Source: an uncultured delta proteobacterium
Lineage (GTDB): Bacteria > Myxococcota_A > Polyangia > Haliangiales > Haliangiaceae
Direction of reading: 5' to 3'
Length of the DNA: 64,000 nt
NCBI GenBank assembly: GCA_963848295.1
Contig: CAWKDB010000002.1
Location: forward strand, 128,001-192,000
Shown here: positions 39,594 to 54,059 of the stretch, one piece after another
Layout of the letters: each line of letters opens with the position of its first letter
Position numbering within the stretch: the stretch's first letter is position 1
Translations under genes and position numbers: made by a program
The notes under the pieces: model-generated
Told to the model about the DNA's origin: nothing
Database searches by the model: none
The model's input: the letters and a program-made list of their open reading frames with translations, nothing else

Positions 39594-40669
39594 GTCGACG
39601 GTGCGTCGGGTGCGGCGATCACTTCGAACCGCTTGACGCCGACGAGCTGGCCGCCGACCGTGTAGGTCTTGCACGACCACATCCCGATCGGATCCTTCGG
39701 TAGGTCCTCGGCCGGGAAGTAGCTGCGGTACACGACCGCATCGCCGTCGCACTCGATGCGGTCGGGCGACACGCGGGCGATCTCGGCGCCACGCAGCGTC
39801 CACACGTGCTCGATCGGTTCCTTGAGCCCGCCCGGCTCCCGCAACAACGAGCCACAGCGCAGGCGCTCGAGCTGATCGCGACGGAGCTGATGCTTGCTCG
39901 GTGGCAAGCACTCGTAGCTGCCCTCGGTGCCGTTGCCGACCGCGGTCTCGGGCATCGCGAGCGGTGCCGGCGGGATGAACGCGCGGCCGTACCACACCGC
40001 GGCGAGCAAGCCGCCGGTCGTGGCGAGCGTGAGGAGCGCGCCTTGCGGCGACAGCACCTGGCGGACCGAGAACGACAACAGCGCGACCGACGTCGGGGTC
40101 GCCGCGGCGGCGCAGATCAAGCTCGTGCGATGGTCGATCCCGAGCACGAGCGGCAGCAACACGTTGAGCAAAGCGAACATCGCGAGGCCGTACATCGCGG
40201 AGGCGAGCCAGCGCCGCTCCATCACGAAGTGATCGAACACGAGGTCCATCGTCGACAGCACCGCGCAGATCAGCAGGATCGGCGCGAGCCACCAATTCCA
40301 CGACTGGAACGACCAGGTCGCGCTCGACGCGTAGAGCGGCGTCAGGAAGAAGAACATCTGCTGGTAGAACTGCTTGATGACGTAGTTCGTGACGGTCCGG
40401 ATGCCTCTGCGCGCGATGCCCTCGTCCTCGCGACGATTCGCCGGCCCGACGATGAAGCGCAGCGCGACGAACAGCAGCAGCCACGACGCGAACAGCGCGA
40501 TCATGACCTTGTCGGCGTGGGCGAGCCCGGCGCGGGCGAACAACATCACGCCGACGCCGAACGACAGCGCGAACCCCGAGTGCAGCCACCACAGCTTGCG
40601 CAGGATCCGGCGCAGCCGCGACGGCGGTGCACCAGGCTGCGTGCCGGGATCGGCGTCGGGTGCTCCCAC
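39572..40669 (-). CDS. Integral membrane protein with a DUF2914-like C-terminus
   Basis: Multiple TM helices (QQMFFFLTPLY), then IEHVW...YRSY...GMWSC. Confidence 0.65.
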   Translation of the reverse strand: MGAPDADPGTQPGAPPSRLRRILRKLWWLHSGFALSFGVGVMLFARAGLAHADKVMIALFASWLLLFVALRFIVGPANRREDEGIARRGIRTVTNYVIKQFYQQMFFFLTPLYASSATWSFQSWNWWLAPILLICAVLSTMDLVFDHFVMERRWLASAMYGLAMFALLNVLLPLVLGIDHRTSLICAAAATPTSVALLSFSVRQVLSPQGALLTLATTGGLLAAVWYGRAFIPPAPLAMPETAVGNGTEGSYECLPPSKHQLRRDQLERLRCGSLLREPGGLKEPIEHVWTLRGAEIARVSPDRIECDGDAVVYRSYFPAEDLPKDPIGMWSCKTYTVGGQLVGVKRFEVIAAPDAPSTQIRSAK

Positions 40670-40705
40670 GCGCCTATCTTACCCGCACGGTCGCGTCGCG
40701 GGCGG

Positions 40706-42013
<1,308 letters not shown>

Positions 42014-42049
42014 CGGCGCGCAGCGTAGCCGAGATGCGGCACCGAGCCG

Positions 42050-43009
42050 ATGGCGGTCGCAAAATATTCGGGCTACGGTGGCGGCGTGTCTGGATGGCAA
42101 GCGATCGTCGGCCAAGACCGCGTGATCGCGCTGTTGCGCGGCGCCATCGAGCGCGACCGCGTGCCGCACGCTTATCTATTTTCGGGCCCGGTCGGCGCGC
42201 CGCTGCTCGACACCGGGCTCGCCCTCGCCTGCGCGTTGAATTGCCTGACCTCGCCGGGCGAAGGCTGCACCGGCGCCGCAAGCGGCGGACCTTCGGCCCA
42301 GGGTGTCGGCCATCCTCATTCTTCGGACGGCCGAACGATCGATCAGCCTCAGGTCTGCGATGCCTGCTCGAAGATCATCGCGGGGATCCACCCCGATGTC
42401 GTGACGCTCGTGCGCGAAGGCGCCGCGCAGATCGTGCCGATCGAGAACGTGCGCAACCAGGTGATCGCGCGGATGGGCTTGCCGCCGCACGAGGCCGACA
42501 CCCGCGTGTTCATCATCGAAGAGGCGACCGCGCTGGCGCCCCCGGCGGCGAACGCGCTGCTGAAGACGCTCGAGGAGCCACCGAACCGGACGTTGTTCGT
42601 GTTGTGCACGACGTCGCCCGAGCAGCTGTTGCCGACGATCCGCAGCCGGTGTCAGCGCGTGCGCTTCGCGGCCGGGTCACCGATCGCGGATGCCGATCCG
42701 GCGCGCGCGGAACGGATCTCGGCGCTCGCCGACGAGCTCGCGAGCGTGGATGAAATCCGCGACCCGTGGTTGCCGGTGCGCGTCGCCGAAACCAAGGGCG
42801 ATGCCGCGCCGGTGCTGGTCGCGGCGGCGCAACGGCTTCACGCCAAGGCGATCGCGGCGGCGGCAGCCGGCCAGCTCGAGGTGGCGGCGCGAGCCTCGCG
42901 CCAGGCGCAGACCGTGCTGTCGTGGCACACCGCGATCGCGATCCACAACGCGAACCCGCAGCTCGCGATCGAAGCGGTGATCGCGCAGATCGCCGAGGAG
43001 CGCGCGTGA
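42050..43009 (+). CDS. holB: DNA polymerase III delta-prime subunit, with an insertion in the Zn module
   Basis: IVGQ, PHAYLFSGP, HPDV, AANALLKTLEEPP, LLPTIRSRCQ; lies upstream of PSP1 and metG. Confidence 0.85.
   Translation: MAVAKYSGYGGGVSGWQAIVGQDRVIALLRGAIERDRVPHAYLFSGPVGAPLLDTGLALACALNCLTSPGEGCTGAASGGPSAQGVGHPHSSDGRTIDQPQVCDACSKIIAGIHPDVVTLVREGAAQIVPIENVRNQVIARMGLPPHEADTRVFIIEEATALAPPAANALLKTLEEPPNRTLFVLCTTSPEQLLPTIRSRCQRVRFAAGSPIADADPARAERISALADELASVDEIRDPWLPVRVAETKGDAAPVLVAAAQRLHAKAIAAAAAGQLEVAARASRQAQTVLSWHTAIAIHNANPQLAIEAVIAQIAEERA
42274..42344 (-). repeat. Family A palindromic element, diverged copy in frame in holB
   Basis: Reverse complement gatcgt-tcggccgtcc-gaagaatga-ggatggccga-caccctgggccgaaggt-ccgccgcttgcggcg. 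Confidence 0.75.
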
Positions 43010-44700
43010 CCGACAGCGACGCGCCAAGCGGCGGTGGTAGCCAGAACGCCGATGGCGGCGGCGGCGGTGGTGGACGACGGCGGAGACGCCGACGCGGTGG
43101 CGGCGGCGGTGCTGCGCGAGAAGACGGCCCGCCACACGGAACCGGTAACCGGCCACAGGCACCGAGCCATGCCCCGGCGGCCGCGCCGACGCCGGCGGCG
43201 GCGACCGCGTATGTCGAGCCCGACGATGCCGGCGGCGGCGACGACGAACAGGATCCGTCGCGCGACCCGTCGCGGGACGCCGAGGACACCGCCGGCGAGG
43301 ATCCGTCGCACGATCCGTCGCGCGAACCGCAAGAGCAGGCCCGCGCACCGCAAGGCAGCGCTCCACGCGGGCCACGCGATCAACAAGGCCGCGAGCAACG
43401 TTCGCGCGGCCAACGAGGTCGCGATCAGCGGCCACGCGATCAACAAGCTCGCGATCAGCGGCCACGCGACCAGCAAGCTCGCGATCAACGACCGCGCGAT
43501 CAGCAAGCTCGCGATCAGCGCGGCGCGCAAGCTCGCGATCAGCGTCCGCGTGATCCGCAAGGTCAGCAGCCGCGCGATCAGCCGCCGCGCGACCAGCCCG
43601 CAACCGCGAAGCCGAGCGAGGCCGGGCGCGAAGATGCGTATGCCGACGAAGCGCCGCTCGAGCCGGTCGAGGCGTGGGGCCAGGAGGACGACAGCCCGGC
43701 TCCGGCGATCGCGCTGACCCCCGATCTGCCGGCCGAGCCGCCCGCCGATGACCCCGACCCCTCGAGCTTTCCGCTCGTCGATGGCCCGGGCGCGACGCTC
43801 GGCGACGACGTCGCGAGTGTCGTCGCGGTCAAGTTGACGCCGGCGGGCCGCTTGCAATGGTGCGATGCGGGCGAAGCCGACTACGCGATCGGCGAGCGGG
43901 TGATCGTCGACTCCGAGCGCGGTCCGCGGACCGCGTGGATCGCCGGCGCGGCGTTGCGACGAGCGGTCCGCGATCGCGGGTTGCGCCGCGTGATCCGGCG
44001 CGCGAACGAGCAAGATCTGCGCGCCGAACGCGAAGACAGTGAAGGCGCGAGCACGCGCGCGCTGCGGATCGCGAAGGACAAGGCGGCCGCGCTCGAGCTG
44101 CCGCTCAAGGTGTTCCGGGTCGAAGCGCGCGGCGGCAAGCTCAACGTGTACTACACGACCGACGAGCAGCGGCTCGACGTTCGCGAGTTCGTCCAGGGCG
44201 TCGCGCTCGCGACCGGCACGCGGGTCGAGCTCCGCCAGATCGGCGCGCGCGATGAGGCCAAGCAGATCGGCGGCATCGGGTCGTGTGGGCTCACGCTGTG
44301 CTGCACGACGTGGCTGCCCGAGTTCGTGCCGGTGTCGATCAAGATGGCCAAAGATCAGGGCCTCGTGCTGTCGCCGACCAAGGTCGCCGGCCAGTGCGGT
44401 CGGCTCAAGTGCTGCCTGGTCTACGAGCAAGCCGGCTACGCCGAGATGCGCAAGGGCCTGCCGAAGCTCGGCAAGCGCGTGATCTCGGCGCGAGGTGAAG
44501 GCCGCGTCGTCGAGGTCGACGTGTTGCGCCAGCGCGTACGCGTGTCGTACGGCATGGGCGACACCGAGGTCTTGCCCGCGGCCGAGGTCAAGCCAATGTT
44601 CCCTGCCGCGAACGCACCGGGTGCGCCGCGCGAGCCCGATCTACATGACGCGCCGGACGCCGACGACGATCCCGGCGACCCCTCCCTGCCCTCGTCGTAA
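43006..44700 (+). CDS. PSP1/RicT (YaaT-like) Fe-S regulatory protein with a long disordered N-terminus
   Basis: ELRQIGARDEAK..GGIGSCG..LCC, KMAKDQ, GQCGRLKCCL; GTG start overlaps the holB stop; QRPRDQQAR repeats. Confidence 0.88.
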   Translation: MTDSDAPSGGGSQNADGGGGGGGRRRRRRRGGGGGAAREDGPPHGTGNRPQAPSHAPAAAPTPAAATAYVEPDDAGGGDDEQDPSRDPSRDAEDTAGEDPSHDPSREPQEQARAPQGSAPRGPRDQQGREQRSRGQRGRDQRPRDQQARDQRPRDQQARDQRPRDQQARDQRGAQARDQRPRDPQGQQPRDQPPRDQPATAKPSEAGREDAYADEAPLEPVEAWGQEDDSPAPAIALTPDLPAEPPADDPDPSSFPLVDGPGATLGDDVASVVAVKLTPAGRLQWCDAGEADYAIGERVIVDSERGPRTAWIAGAALRRAVRDRGLRRVIRRANEQDLRAEREDSEGASTRALRIAKDKAAALELPLKVFRVEARGGKLNVYYTTDEQRLDVREFVQGVALATGTRVELRQIGARDEAKQIGGIGSCGLTLCCTTWLPEFVPVSIKMAKDQGLVLSPTKVAGQCGRLKCCLVYEQAGYAEMRKGLPKLGKRVISARGEGRVVEVDVLRQRVRVSYGMGDTEVLPAAEVKPMFPAANAPGAPREPDLHDAPDADDDPGDPSLPSS

Positions 44701-44706
44701 CCAGCC

Positions 44707-46755
<2,049 letters not shown>

Positions 46756-46760
46756 CCGCG

Positions 46761-47186
46761 ATGAGCGCAACCGCCGATCATCGCCGCGCTCCGCGGCTCG
46801 TGGTCAACGCACCGGCCGTCGTCGAATCGATCGGCCAGCCGTCGATGGAGCTCCACCCGAACCTCGCCGCAGTGTTCCGGCGCGTCGATGCCGACAAGAC
46901 GTCGATCGGCAAGCGGTTCCCCGCGGTCGTCCGCGATCTCTCGACCAACGGCGCGTTCATCTCGTGCCCGCCGCTGCCGTTGCTCGCCCGCGTCGCGCTC
47001 AAGCTCGAGATCAAGGGCATCGGCTCGATCGACGCGGTCGGTTGGGTGTTGTGGCAACGCACCGAGGACTGCGAGGTCCCGGGCGCGACCGGCGCGCTGC
47101 CGAAAGGCTTCGGCGTCTTGTTCGAGGCGATTCCGCTAGACACGCGCTCTGCGATCGCGGCTCTCGTCGCGCGCAGCACGCTGTGA
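46761..47186 (+). CDS. PilZ domain protein
   Basis: RRAPR and DLSTNG c-di-GMP-binding motifs; GFGVLF. Confidence 0.8.
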   Translation: MSATADHRRAPRLVVNAPAVVESIGQPSMELHPNLAAVFRRVDADKTSIGKRFPAVVRDLSTNGAFISCPPLPLLARVALKLEIKGIGSIDAVGWVLWQRTEDCEVPGATGALPKGFGVLFEAIPLDTRSAIAALVARSTL

Positions 47187-47653
47187 CCGCCGTACGCAGC
47201 TTTGCGTTTCGGCCGCGCTATCGCGCGCTCGCGTGGGCTGCGGTTGGCGTCGGCGGTGCGCTGTCGGTCGCCAGCGCGGTCGCGCTCGCCGCGATGATTC
47301 CGATCGCGAGTGGTGTGCTCGGCGTCGGCCTCGGCGCCGCGTATCTGATGTCGCCGATGTGGCGGCTCGAGGTCGTGATCGACGACAGCGCGCTCGAGGT
47401 CCGATCGGCGAGAGGATCGAAGTTCCGCGTCCTGTGGCCCGATGTCGTCCGCGTCGTCGCGTCGCCGACGACGCACACGTGCTTCGTCGACGGTGGCACA
47501 CCCGAGTGCAGCCTGATCGTGCCTGGCGTCGGCGCACCGGCACCTTACGACCTCGCGGACAAGCAGGCGCTCTACGACGCGATCGTCGCGCACGTCGATC
47601 CGGCGAAGGTCGAGACCGTCGACACGCTCGACGCGGCGCGCGCCGCGACCTGA
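47183..47653 (+). CDS. Hypothetical 2-TM protein with a PH-like soluble part
   Basis: GTGA overlap with the PilZ stop; two hydrophobic helices. Confidence 0.6.
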   Translation: MTAVRSFAFRPRYRALAWAAVGVGGALSVASAVALAAMIPIASGVLGVGLGAAYLMSPMWRLEVVIDDSALEVRSARGSKFRVLWPDVVRVVASPTTHTCFVDGGTPECSLIVPGVGAPAPYDLADKQALYDAIVAHVDPAKVETVDTLDAARAAT

Positions 47654-47798
47654 GATACCCGCGGCGCCACACGAGTCGCGATCCGCGCCACGAACCGGCA
47701 CTCCGGAGCGCGAACGCAGCCGCAGCTGCGACGAGCGCGCAACACGTGCGTGTTACAAACGCCGTCGGGGAAATTTCCATTTCAAGAGGGAGCACGCC

Positions 47799-48791
47799 AT
47801 GGGTTTGTTCGACAAGTTGAAGGGAATCAAGAACGCGGTGCAGAGCGCGACGCAGGCGCCGCCGCAGCAGCAGGCGCAGCCGGAGCAACACCAGCACCAG
47901 CAAGCACCGCAGCAGCAACAGTACGCCCAGGCGCAGCCCGAGCCCGAGCCGCAGCTCGACATCGCCGGCTTCGATCCCGACAACGACGAAGAGGCGTTCT
48001 TCAACGCCGTGCTCCACATGGAGTCCGAGGGTCAGTTCGGCGGCACCGACGAATCGCGCGCCGAGATCATGGCCCGCTACGGCATCCGCAACCGCAGCCA
48101 CTGGCAAGACGTCAAGGCCGCGGTCTATCACGTGCTCACGCACAAGTACGGCGACTTCAACGAAGTGACCCAGCGCGAGATGAACTGGCGCCAGGGCCAG
48201 ATGCAGCGCCACATGCAGGCGCAGACCCAAAAGGCCGCGGCCGGCGGCGCGTTCAAGCCGGTCGAGGGTGTCACGCTCGAAGCGTGGGCCGCGCTCAACG
48301 CCGCGATCGTCAGCGGCGGCAACGCCGAGGATCTGATCAAGGGCGCGGGCATCGACATGGCGCGCTGGCAGCGGGTGTCGGCGGAGTGGAACGCGGCGAT
48401 GGCGCGCGACACGACGTTCGCGATCACGACGGTCTACGGCAACGCGTTCCAGGCCGCGTCGCAGGGCAAGTACGGCAACTTCGCGCGTGAAGCGGCCGCC
48501 GCTCGCGCCGCGAATCGCGATCTCCAGCTCGAGGCGCCGATGCCGTACGAGAACTACTACCGGCTGATGCTCGAGCAGGCGTACGCCGCCAAGCAAGGCA
48601 AGGATCCGATCCAGTCGCTCAAGGACAGCGGGCTCACCGTCGTCGACTGGACCGACCTCGGCGCGTACTACGGCTACCTGTTCAACCGCGACGCCGGTCG
48701 CAATTGGGCAAAGTACCAGGCGATCCACGAGAAGCTCGACGCCGAGTACAAGGCGAAGAACCCCGGCGTCGACGTCGACATCTCGTTCTGA
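47799..48791 (+). CDS. Hypothetical protein with a Gln-rich N-terminus
   Basis: GAGGGAG RBS, strong codon bias, MGLFDKLK start. Confidence 0.75.
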   Translation: MGLFDKLKGIKNAVQSATQAPPQQQAQPEQHQHQQAPQQQQYAQAQPEPEPQLDIAGFDPDNDEEAFFNAVLHMESEGQFGGTDESRAEIMARYGIRNRSHWQDVKAAVYHVLTHKYGDFNEVTQREMNWRQGQMQRHMQAQTQKAAAGGAFKPVEGVTLEAWAALNAAIVSGGNAEDLIKGAGIDMARWQRVSAEWNAAMARDTTFAITTVYGNAFQAASQGKYGNFAREAAAARAANRDLQLEAPMPYENYYRLMLEQAYAAKQGKDPIQSLKDSGLTVVDWTDLGAYYGYLFNRDAGRNWAKYQAIHEKLDAEYKAKNPGVDVDISF

Positions 48792-48792
48792 G

Positions 48793-49473
48793 ATGAGCGC
48801 GGTCGCCCGATGGGATGCGTTCTTGGCGCAGATCCAAGGGCGACACGAGCAAGCGCGCGCCGAGGCCGACGGCTCGGCGCGCCAGTTCATCGCGCAGGTC
48901 GCGGCGGGCGGTGACGTCCAGCCGCTGTCGCACCAGCTGATGGCGTTGAAGGGTCGGCTCCAGGATCTGGAGAAGATGATCATCGACACCTGGCACGCGA
49001 AGGTCGACGCGGCGTTCGAAGCCGACGGCCGCTCGAACGACGAGCGAGTCGCCGGCCAGGCGAAGGGCCGCGCGCTGCAACACGCGCTCGACGACGCCCG
49101 CGAAGAGCACGAGATCCGGCTCCTGGCCGAGCTCGCGCGCGCTCGGATCGCGCACGGCCAACCCGACGGTGCGAACCTCGCGAGCCACGCGGTTGCGCAA
49201 GAAGCGGCGACCTCGGAGTGGCGAGCGATGCGCGCGTCGCTGCGGGCGTTGAACGACATCCGGCCGCCGCGCACGCTCGCGCCGATCGTCGCGTACGAGC
49301 ACGCGCAGATCGCGTACTGGCGCAAGTACCTCTCTGTGCGCGCGCAGTACGAGCCGATCCTCGCGCGCGATCCGGCGCTCGAGGTCCGCGCGCGGATGGA
49401 GCAGTGGTACGTCTACACCGCCGAGCACGAGCCTGCGTGGGTCGCCGCCGGTCGACCGCGCACGCCGATCTAA
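48793..49473 (+). CDS. Hypothetical helical protein
   Basis: Starts 2 nt after the previous stop; typical codon usage. Confidence 0.7.
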   Translation: MSAVARWDAFLAQIQGRHEQARAEADGSARQFIAQVAAGGDVQPLSHQLMALKGRLQDLEKMIIDTWHAKVDAAFEADGRSNDERVAGQAKGRALQHALDDAREEHEIRLLAELARARIAHGQPDGANLASHAVAQEAATSEWRAMRASLRALNDIRPPRTLAPIVAYEHAQIAYWRKYLSVRAQYEPILARDPALEVRARMEQWYVYTAEHEPAWVAAGRPRTPI

Positions 49474-50570
49474 GGCGTCGGCGCAGGAGCGAACGTCTGC
49501 GGCGCCTCGTCAGGCTTGAGGCAGCGGCCGTTATCGATGATCGCTTCGATCGCCGGCGTTGCCTTGGCGTCCGGAACCATGGCGATCACGACGGCAGTCG
49601 CGGTCGGGCACGGCACGAGCTGGACGAACCCGGTCACCGAGTCGCCGCCGTTCTTGAGCGTCATCGGCGCGCGGCCGTGCGTCGCCGCGCCGACCGTCAT
49701 ATCGATGCCCTTCGCCTTCGCGAGCGTGGCGATGAACGAGACCACGTCGCGGTCGAGATCCGGCACCGCCTGCTGCAGGAGCAGGCTCGAGCTGCCGTCG
49801 GTGATCTGGGTCTGATCTGGCTCGGTCGCGATCGTATGCCAGCCGGGGACGTCGAGCACGAGCGGGAACGCGAGCGCCGCCGCGCTCGCCTCTTTCGAGG
49901 CATCGGGGTGACAGTGGAAGCTCGCGACGATCCGGCGATGCAGCTTGTCGACGCCGTCGCCGCCGCCGCCGGTCGCGATCGCGATGTGGCGCACGCCGCA
50001 CTTCTCCATCGAGACCTCGAACAAGCCTTTGTCGGTCGAGACCTCGACCGTGGGCACCCCGTCGACCGCGGTGACCGCGCCGGGCTTCGTTCCGCCGGCG
50101 GCGGCGCCGATCCCGATCGCGATCGTCTCGAGCTCGCCATCGGTGAACGCGCCGCCGGGCTCCCACTGGACCATCGCGACCGTCGTCGCACCGTTGATCG
50201 CGAGCTCGAGCTTGCCGGTAGGGTAGCCGCGATCCTCGGAGTGAATGTCTCCGCTCGGCAGATCGAGGGTAAACCCGGGGAACTGGTGCGTCGACAGCCG
50301 GCTCGATCCGAGCGGCGGCACCACCACGTACGACCCGGCGAGCCCGAGCCCGAGCCCGGCGAAGCCCGCGATGATCAACGGCGGGATCGACGGCCGGTCC
50401 TGGTTGCGAACCGCCAGGCGCCCGAGGACCGCGAGCGCCACGACCGCGACCGGGAAGCCATACCCGTCGCCCATCGCGGTGAGGCCGAGGATCGCGACGC
50501 GATAGATCGCGACGCCGACCGCGGCGCCCCAGCACGCGAAGGCCAACGCATACGCGGCGCGGTTCGACAT
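49470..50570 (-). CDS. Hypothetical membrane protein (3 TM helices plus an exported domain)
   Basis: MSNRAAYAL start; three hydrophobic segments. Confidence 0.65.
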   Translation of the reverse strand: MSNRAAYALAFACWGAAVGVAIYRVAILGLTAMGDGYGFPVAVVALAVLGRLAVRNQDRPSIPPLIIAGFAGLGLGLAGSYVVVPPLGSSRLSTHQFPGFTLDLPSGDIHSEDRGYPTGKLELAINGATTVAMVQWEPGGAFTDGELETIAIGIGAAAGGTKPGAVTAVDGVPTVEVSTDKGLFEVSMEKCGVRHIAIATGGGGDGVDKLHRRIVASFHCHPDASKEASAAALAFPLVLDVPGWHTIATEPDQTQITDGSSSLLLQQAVPDLDRDVVSFIATLAKAKGIDMTVGAATHGRAPMTLKNGGDSVTGFVQLVPCPTATAVVIAMVPDAKATPAIEAIIDNGRCLKPDEAPQTFAPAPTP

Positions 50571-50602
50571 GGCGCGACCATACCCGGCTCGGCGGCGAAG
50601 CG

Positions 50603-51340
50603 TTAGCGCTTGTGCGGAGACGGCGTCGCGGCCTTCGCGGGCGCAGGGCAGTCGAGCACCGCGTGGCTGAGCCGGCCCTTGCTCGCCGGCGAAACGATGA
50701 TCGAGTACCGGAGCTTGGTCGGAGCCGGCGTGCAGAACGCGAGCTGCGGGTCGGGCATCGACGCGACCGCTCTGAGCTCTTTGCCGTCGGCGGCGTAGAG
50801 CTTGAGCCCGAGCTCGCCGTGACCCGAGCCACCGGCGGCGAGCACCTCGATGCAACCGGTCGCGTCGAACAGCGCGGTGACGTTCGCGCTGGTGTACTCC
50901 GAGGCCACCGGCTCGATCACCTTGCAGCCGGTCGACGTCAGTTGCTGCACGGCGAGATCGAGCCGACTCGACCCGGAGTCGCCGAAGCCGAGGCGCGCCG
51001 GCAGGTCGAACACGACGACCGCGATGATCGCGGGTGCGAGTAACATCGCGAACAGCGACGTGATCCGCCCCCAGCTGCGGGTCTTCTTCGCTTCCTTGCG
51101 GTCCTCGTGGCGTTCGCGCTGGGCCGCCGCCTGCGCCGCGACCTCGCGCTCGTGGGCGAGCCGTTGCTGCTCGGCGAGGCGAGCCTCGCGCTGTTGCTCG
51201 AGCAGCAGCTTGCGCCGGGCTTCGAGATCCGGCACCGGCTGCTCGTGGCCGCAATAGCCACAGCGCATCTTCAAGGCTTCGAGATCAACGGGCAGCGGGA
51301 TCGCGGCGTTGCACTCACCGCACCGCGTGGTCGAGGTCAT
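50603..51340 (-). CDS. Zn-ribbon, coiled-coil, TM protein
   Basis: CGEC...CGYC, Q/R/E-rich coil, one TM helix. Confidence 0.65.
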   Translation of the reverse strand: MTSTTRCGECNAAIPLPVDLEALKMRCGYCGHEQPVPDLEARRKLLLEQQREARLAEQQRLAHEREVAAQAAAQRERHEDRKEAKKTRSWGRITSLFAMLLAPAIIAVVVFDLPARLGFGDSGSSRLDLAVQQLTSTGCKVIEPVASEYTSANVTALFDATGCIEVLAAGGSGHGELGLKLYAADGKELRAVASMPDPQLAFCTPAPTKLRYSIIVSPASKGRLSHAVLDCPAPAKAATPSPHKR

Positions 51341-51385
51341 CGCCGCGATGGTAACCGCGGCGAGCTCTGGTACGGTAGCCGCGCG

Positions 51386-52434
51386 ATGTCGTACCTGTTT
51401 CCAGCCTCGACGATCACGTTCGAAGCGGCGCTGCGCGACCTCGCGAGCGGCAGCCCCAAAGCGCGCGCCCTCGCCGCTCACGCGCTCGGCGACGTCACCG
51501 ATCCAGACTCGCGCCGCGGCGCGCGCTCGACGCGCTCATCCGCGCGCTCGACGACGACCGTCCCGAGGTTCGCGCCGAGGCTTGCTCGTCACTCGGCGAG
51601 CTCGGCGATGCCTCCGCGCTCGCTCCACTCGTCAAGCGCCTCGGAGACGGCGCCGCGCCGGTGCGCCAGAATGCGGCGATCGCACTCGGCACGCTGCGCT
51701 TGCCCGAGAGCTTCGAGCCCCTCGCCGACGCGCTGCGCGATGGCCCCGCCGATCTGCGGTTTCAAGCCGCGAGCTCGATCGCCGAGATCGATGCGACCCG
51801 CGCCTACGCCTTGCTCGTCGCCGCGCTCGGCGATCGCGATCCGCAGGTCGTCGGCGCCGCGGCGCTCGCGCTCGGTGCGATCGGCGATGCGCGTGCGCTC
51901 GAAGTCCTGGCTCCGCTCGCGGCGCATGCCGACGCCGGCGCCAGGTTCGACGTCGCCTATGCACTCGCCGAGCTGTCCGTGACCGGCGCTGCCGGTCCGG
52001 GGCAAGCCCGGCCCGTCGTCGTTGGCGCCGGCCGCGCCGTGCTCGTCGCCGCGCTGTCCGACGAGGATCGCGCGTGGGATGCGGTGACCGCGCTCGGCTG
52101 GCTCGGCGATCGCGAAGCCGCCGCCGCGCTCGGCGACGCGCTGACGAGCAAGCGCACGCCGCTCGAGGCGATCGTGCTCGCCGCCGGCACGCTGCTCGCC
52201 ACCGGCAACGCGAGCGAGGCCCATGACGCCGCCGCACGACGCGTGCTGATCGCGGCGTTGACCGCTCGCAAGATCCACGTGCGCGGGCTCGCGGTCGAGC
52301 AGCTCGCTGACGTCGGCGGTTCGTGGGCGCACGCGCCGCTCGACAAGCTCGCGCGCTCGGGCAAGGGCTCCGACTTCCTGACGCAGATCGCCGCGGCGCT
52401 CGAGAAGATCGCGAGCGCGCAGGCGGCGAAGTGA
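51386..52434 (+). CDS. HEAT-repeat protein (frameshift near 51520)
   Basis: Repeats RALAAHALG, VRQNAAIALG, VVGAAALALG across two frames. Confidence 0.75.
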
Positions 52435-53223
52435 CCGCGACGTTGTTCGACTCGCACGCGCACGTCGACGGGCCGGAGTTCGACGCCGATCGCGACGCCG
52501 TGCTCGCCCGCGCTCGCGCCGCCGGCGTTCGCCGCATCGTCGTGATCGGCGCGGTCGGCGAGCCGTCGAGCGCCGAACGCGCGGTCGCGCTCGCCGAACG
52601 CGATCCGAACATCTGGGCGACCGTCGCCACCCACCCGCACGACGTCGACGAAGATGACGCCCGAGTGGTGGGCGGTGCACGAACGCCTCGCACCGCACCC
52701 GCGCGTCGTCGCGATCGGCGAGACCGGGCTCGACTATTACTACGACCACTCGCCGCGCCAGGCGCAGCAAGAGGCGTTCGTCCGGTTCATCGAGCTCGCC
52801 CGCACGGTCGGCAAGCCGGTCGTCTGCCATATCCGGGACGCGCACGACGGACGCGCTCGCGATCCTGCGCGACCACCGCGCGGCCGAGCTCGGCTGCGTC
52901 ATCCACTGCTTCACCGGCACGCCGGACGACGCGCGCGCCTACGCCGAGCTCGGCTGCTACGTGTCGTTCAGCGGCATCGTCACGTACAAGACCGCCCAGC
53001 CCCTCCGCGACGCGGTCGCGCTCGTGCCTCGCGACCGCCTGCTGGTCGAGACCGATTGCCCGTACCTCGCCCCGGTCCCGGTCCGCGGGCAGGCGCAACG
53101 AGCCGGCGTACGTCGTCCACACCGCCGAGGTCGTCGCGCGCTGCGCCGGCATGAGCTTTCGAGGAGTTAGCCGCGGTCACGACCGAGAACGCGCATCGCA
53201 TCTATCGCCTGCCGGCAGCGTGA
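52431..53223 (+). CDS. tatD: TatD family DNase (about 4 frameshifts, likely errors)
   Basis: FDSHAH, HPH, AIGETGLDYYY, CHIRDA, IHCFTG, LVETDCPYL spread over several frames. Confidence 0.85.
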
Positions 53224-53231
53224 CCTGCGGC

Positions 53232-53260
53232 TTGACGGTTCCGCCGCACGCGGGTATAGA
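53232..53260 (+). promoter_or_regulatory. Sigma70-like promoter for rplC
   Basis: TTGACG-17 nt-TATAGA, followed by a GGAG RBS at 53276 and ATG at 53289. Confidence 0.6.
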
Positions 53261-53288
53261 TTGCCGCCTCGTTTCGGAGAATTAGACG

Positions 53289-54038
<750 letters not shown>

Positions 54039-54059
54039 TCCCGGCGCGCGTTCAAGGCG

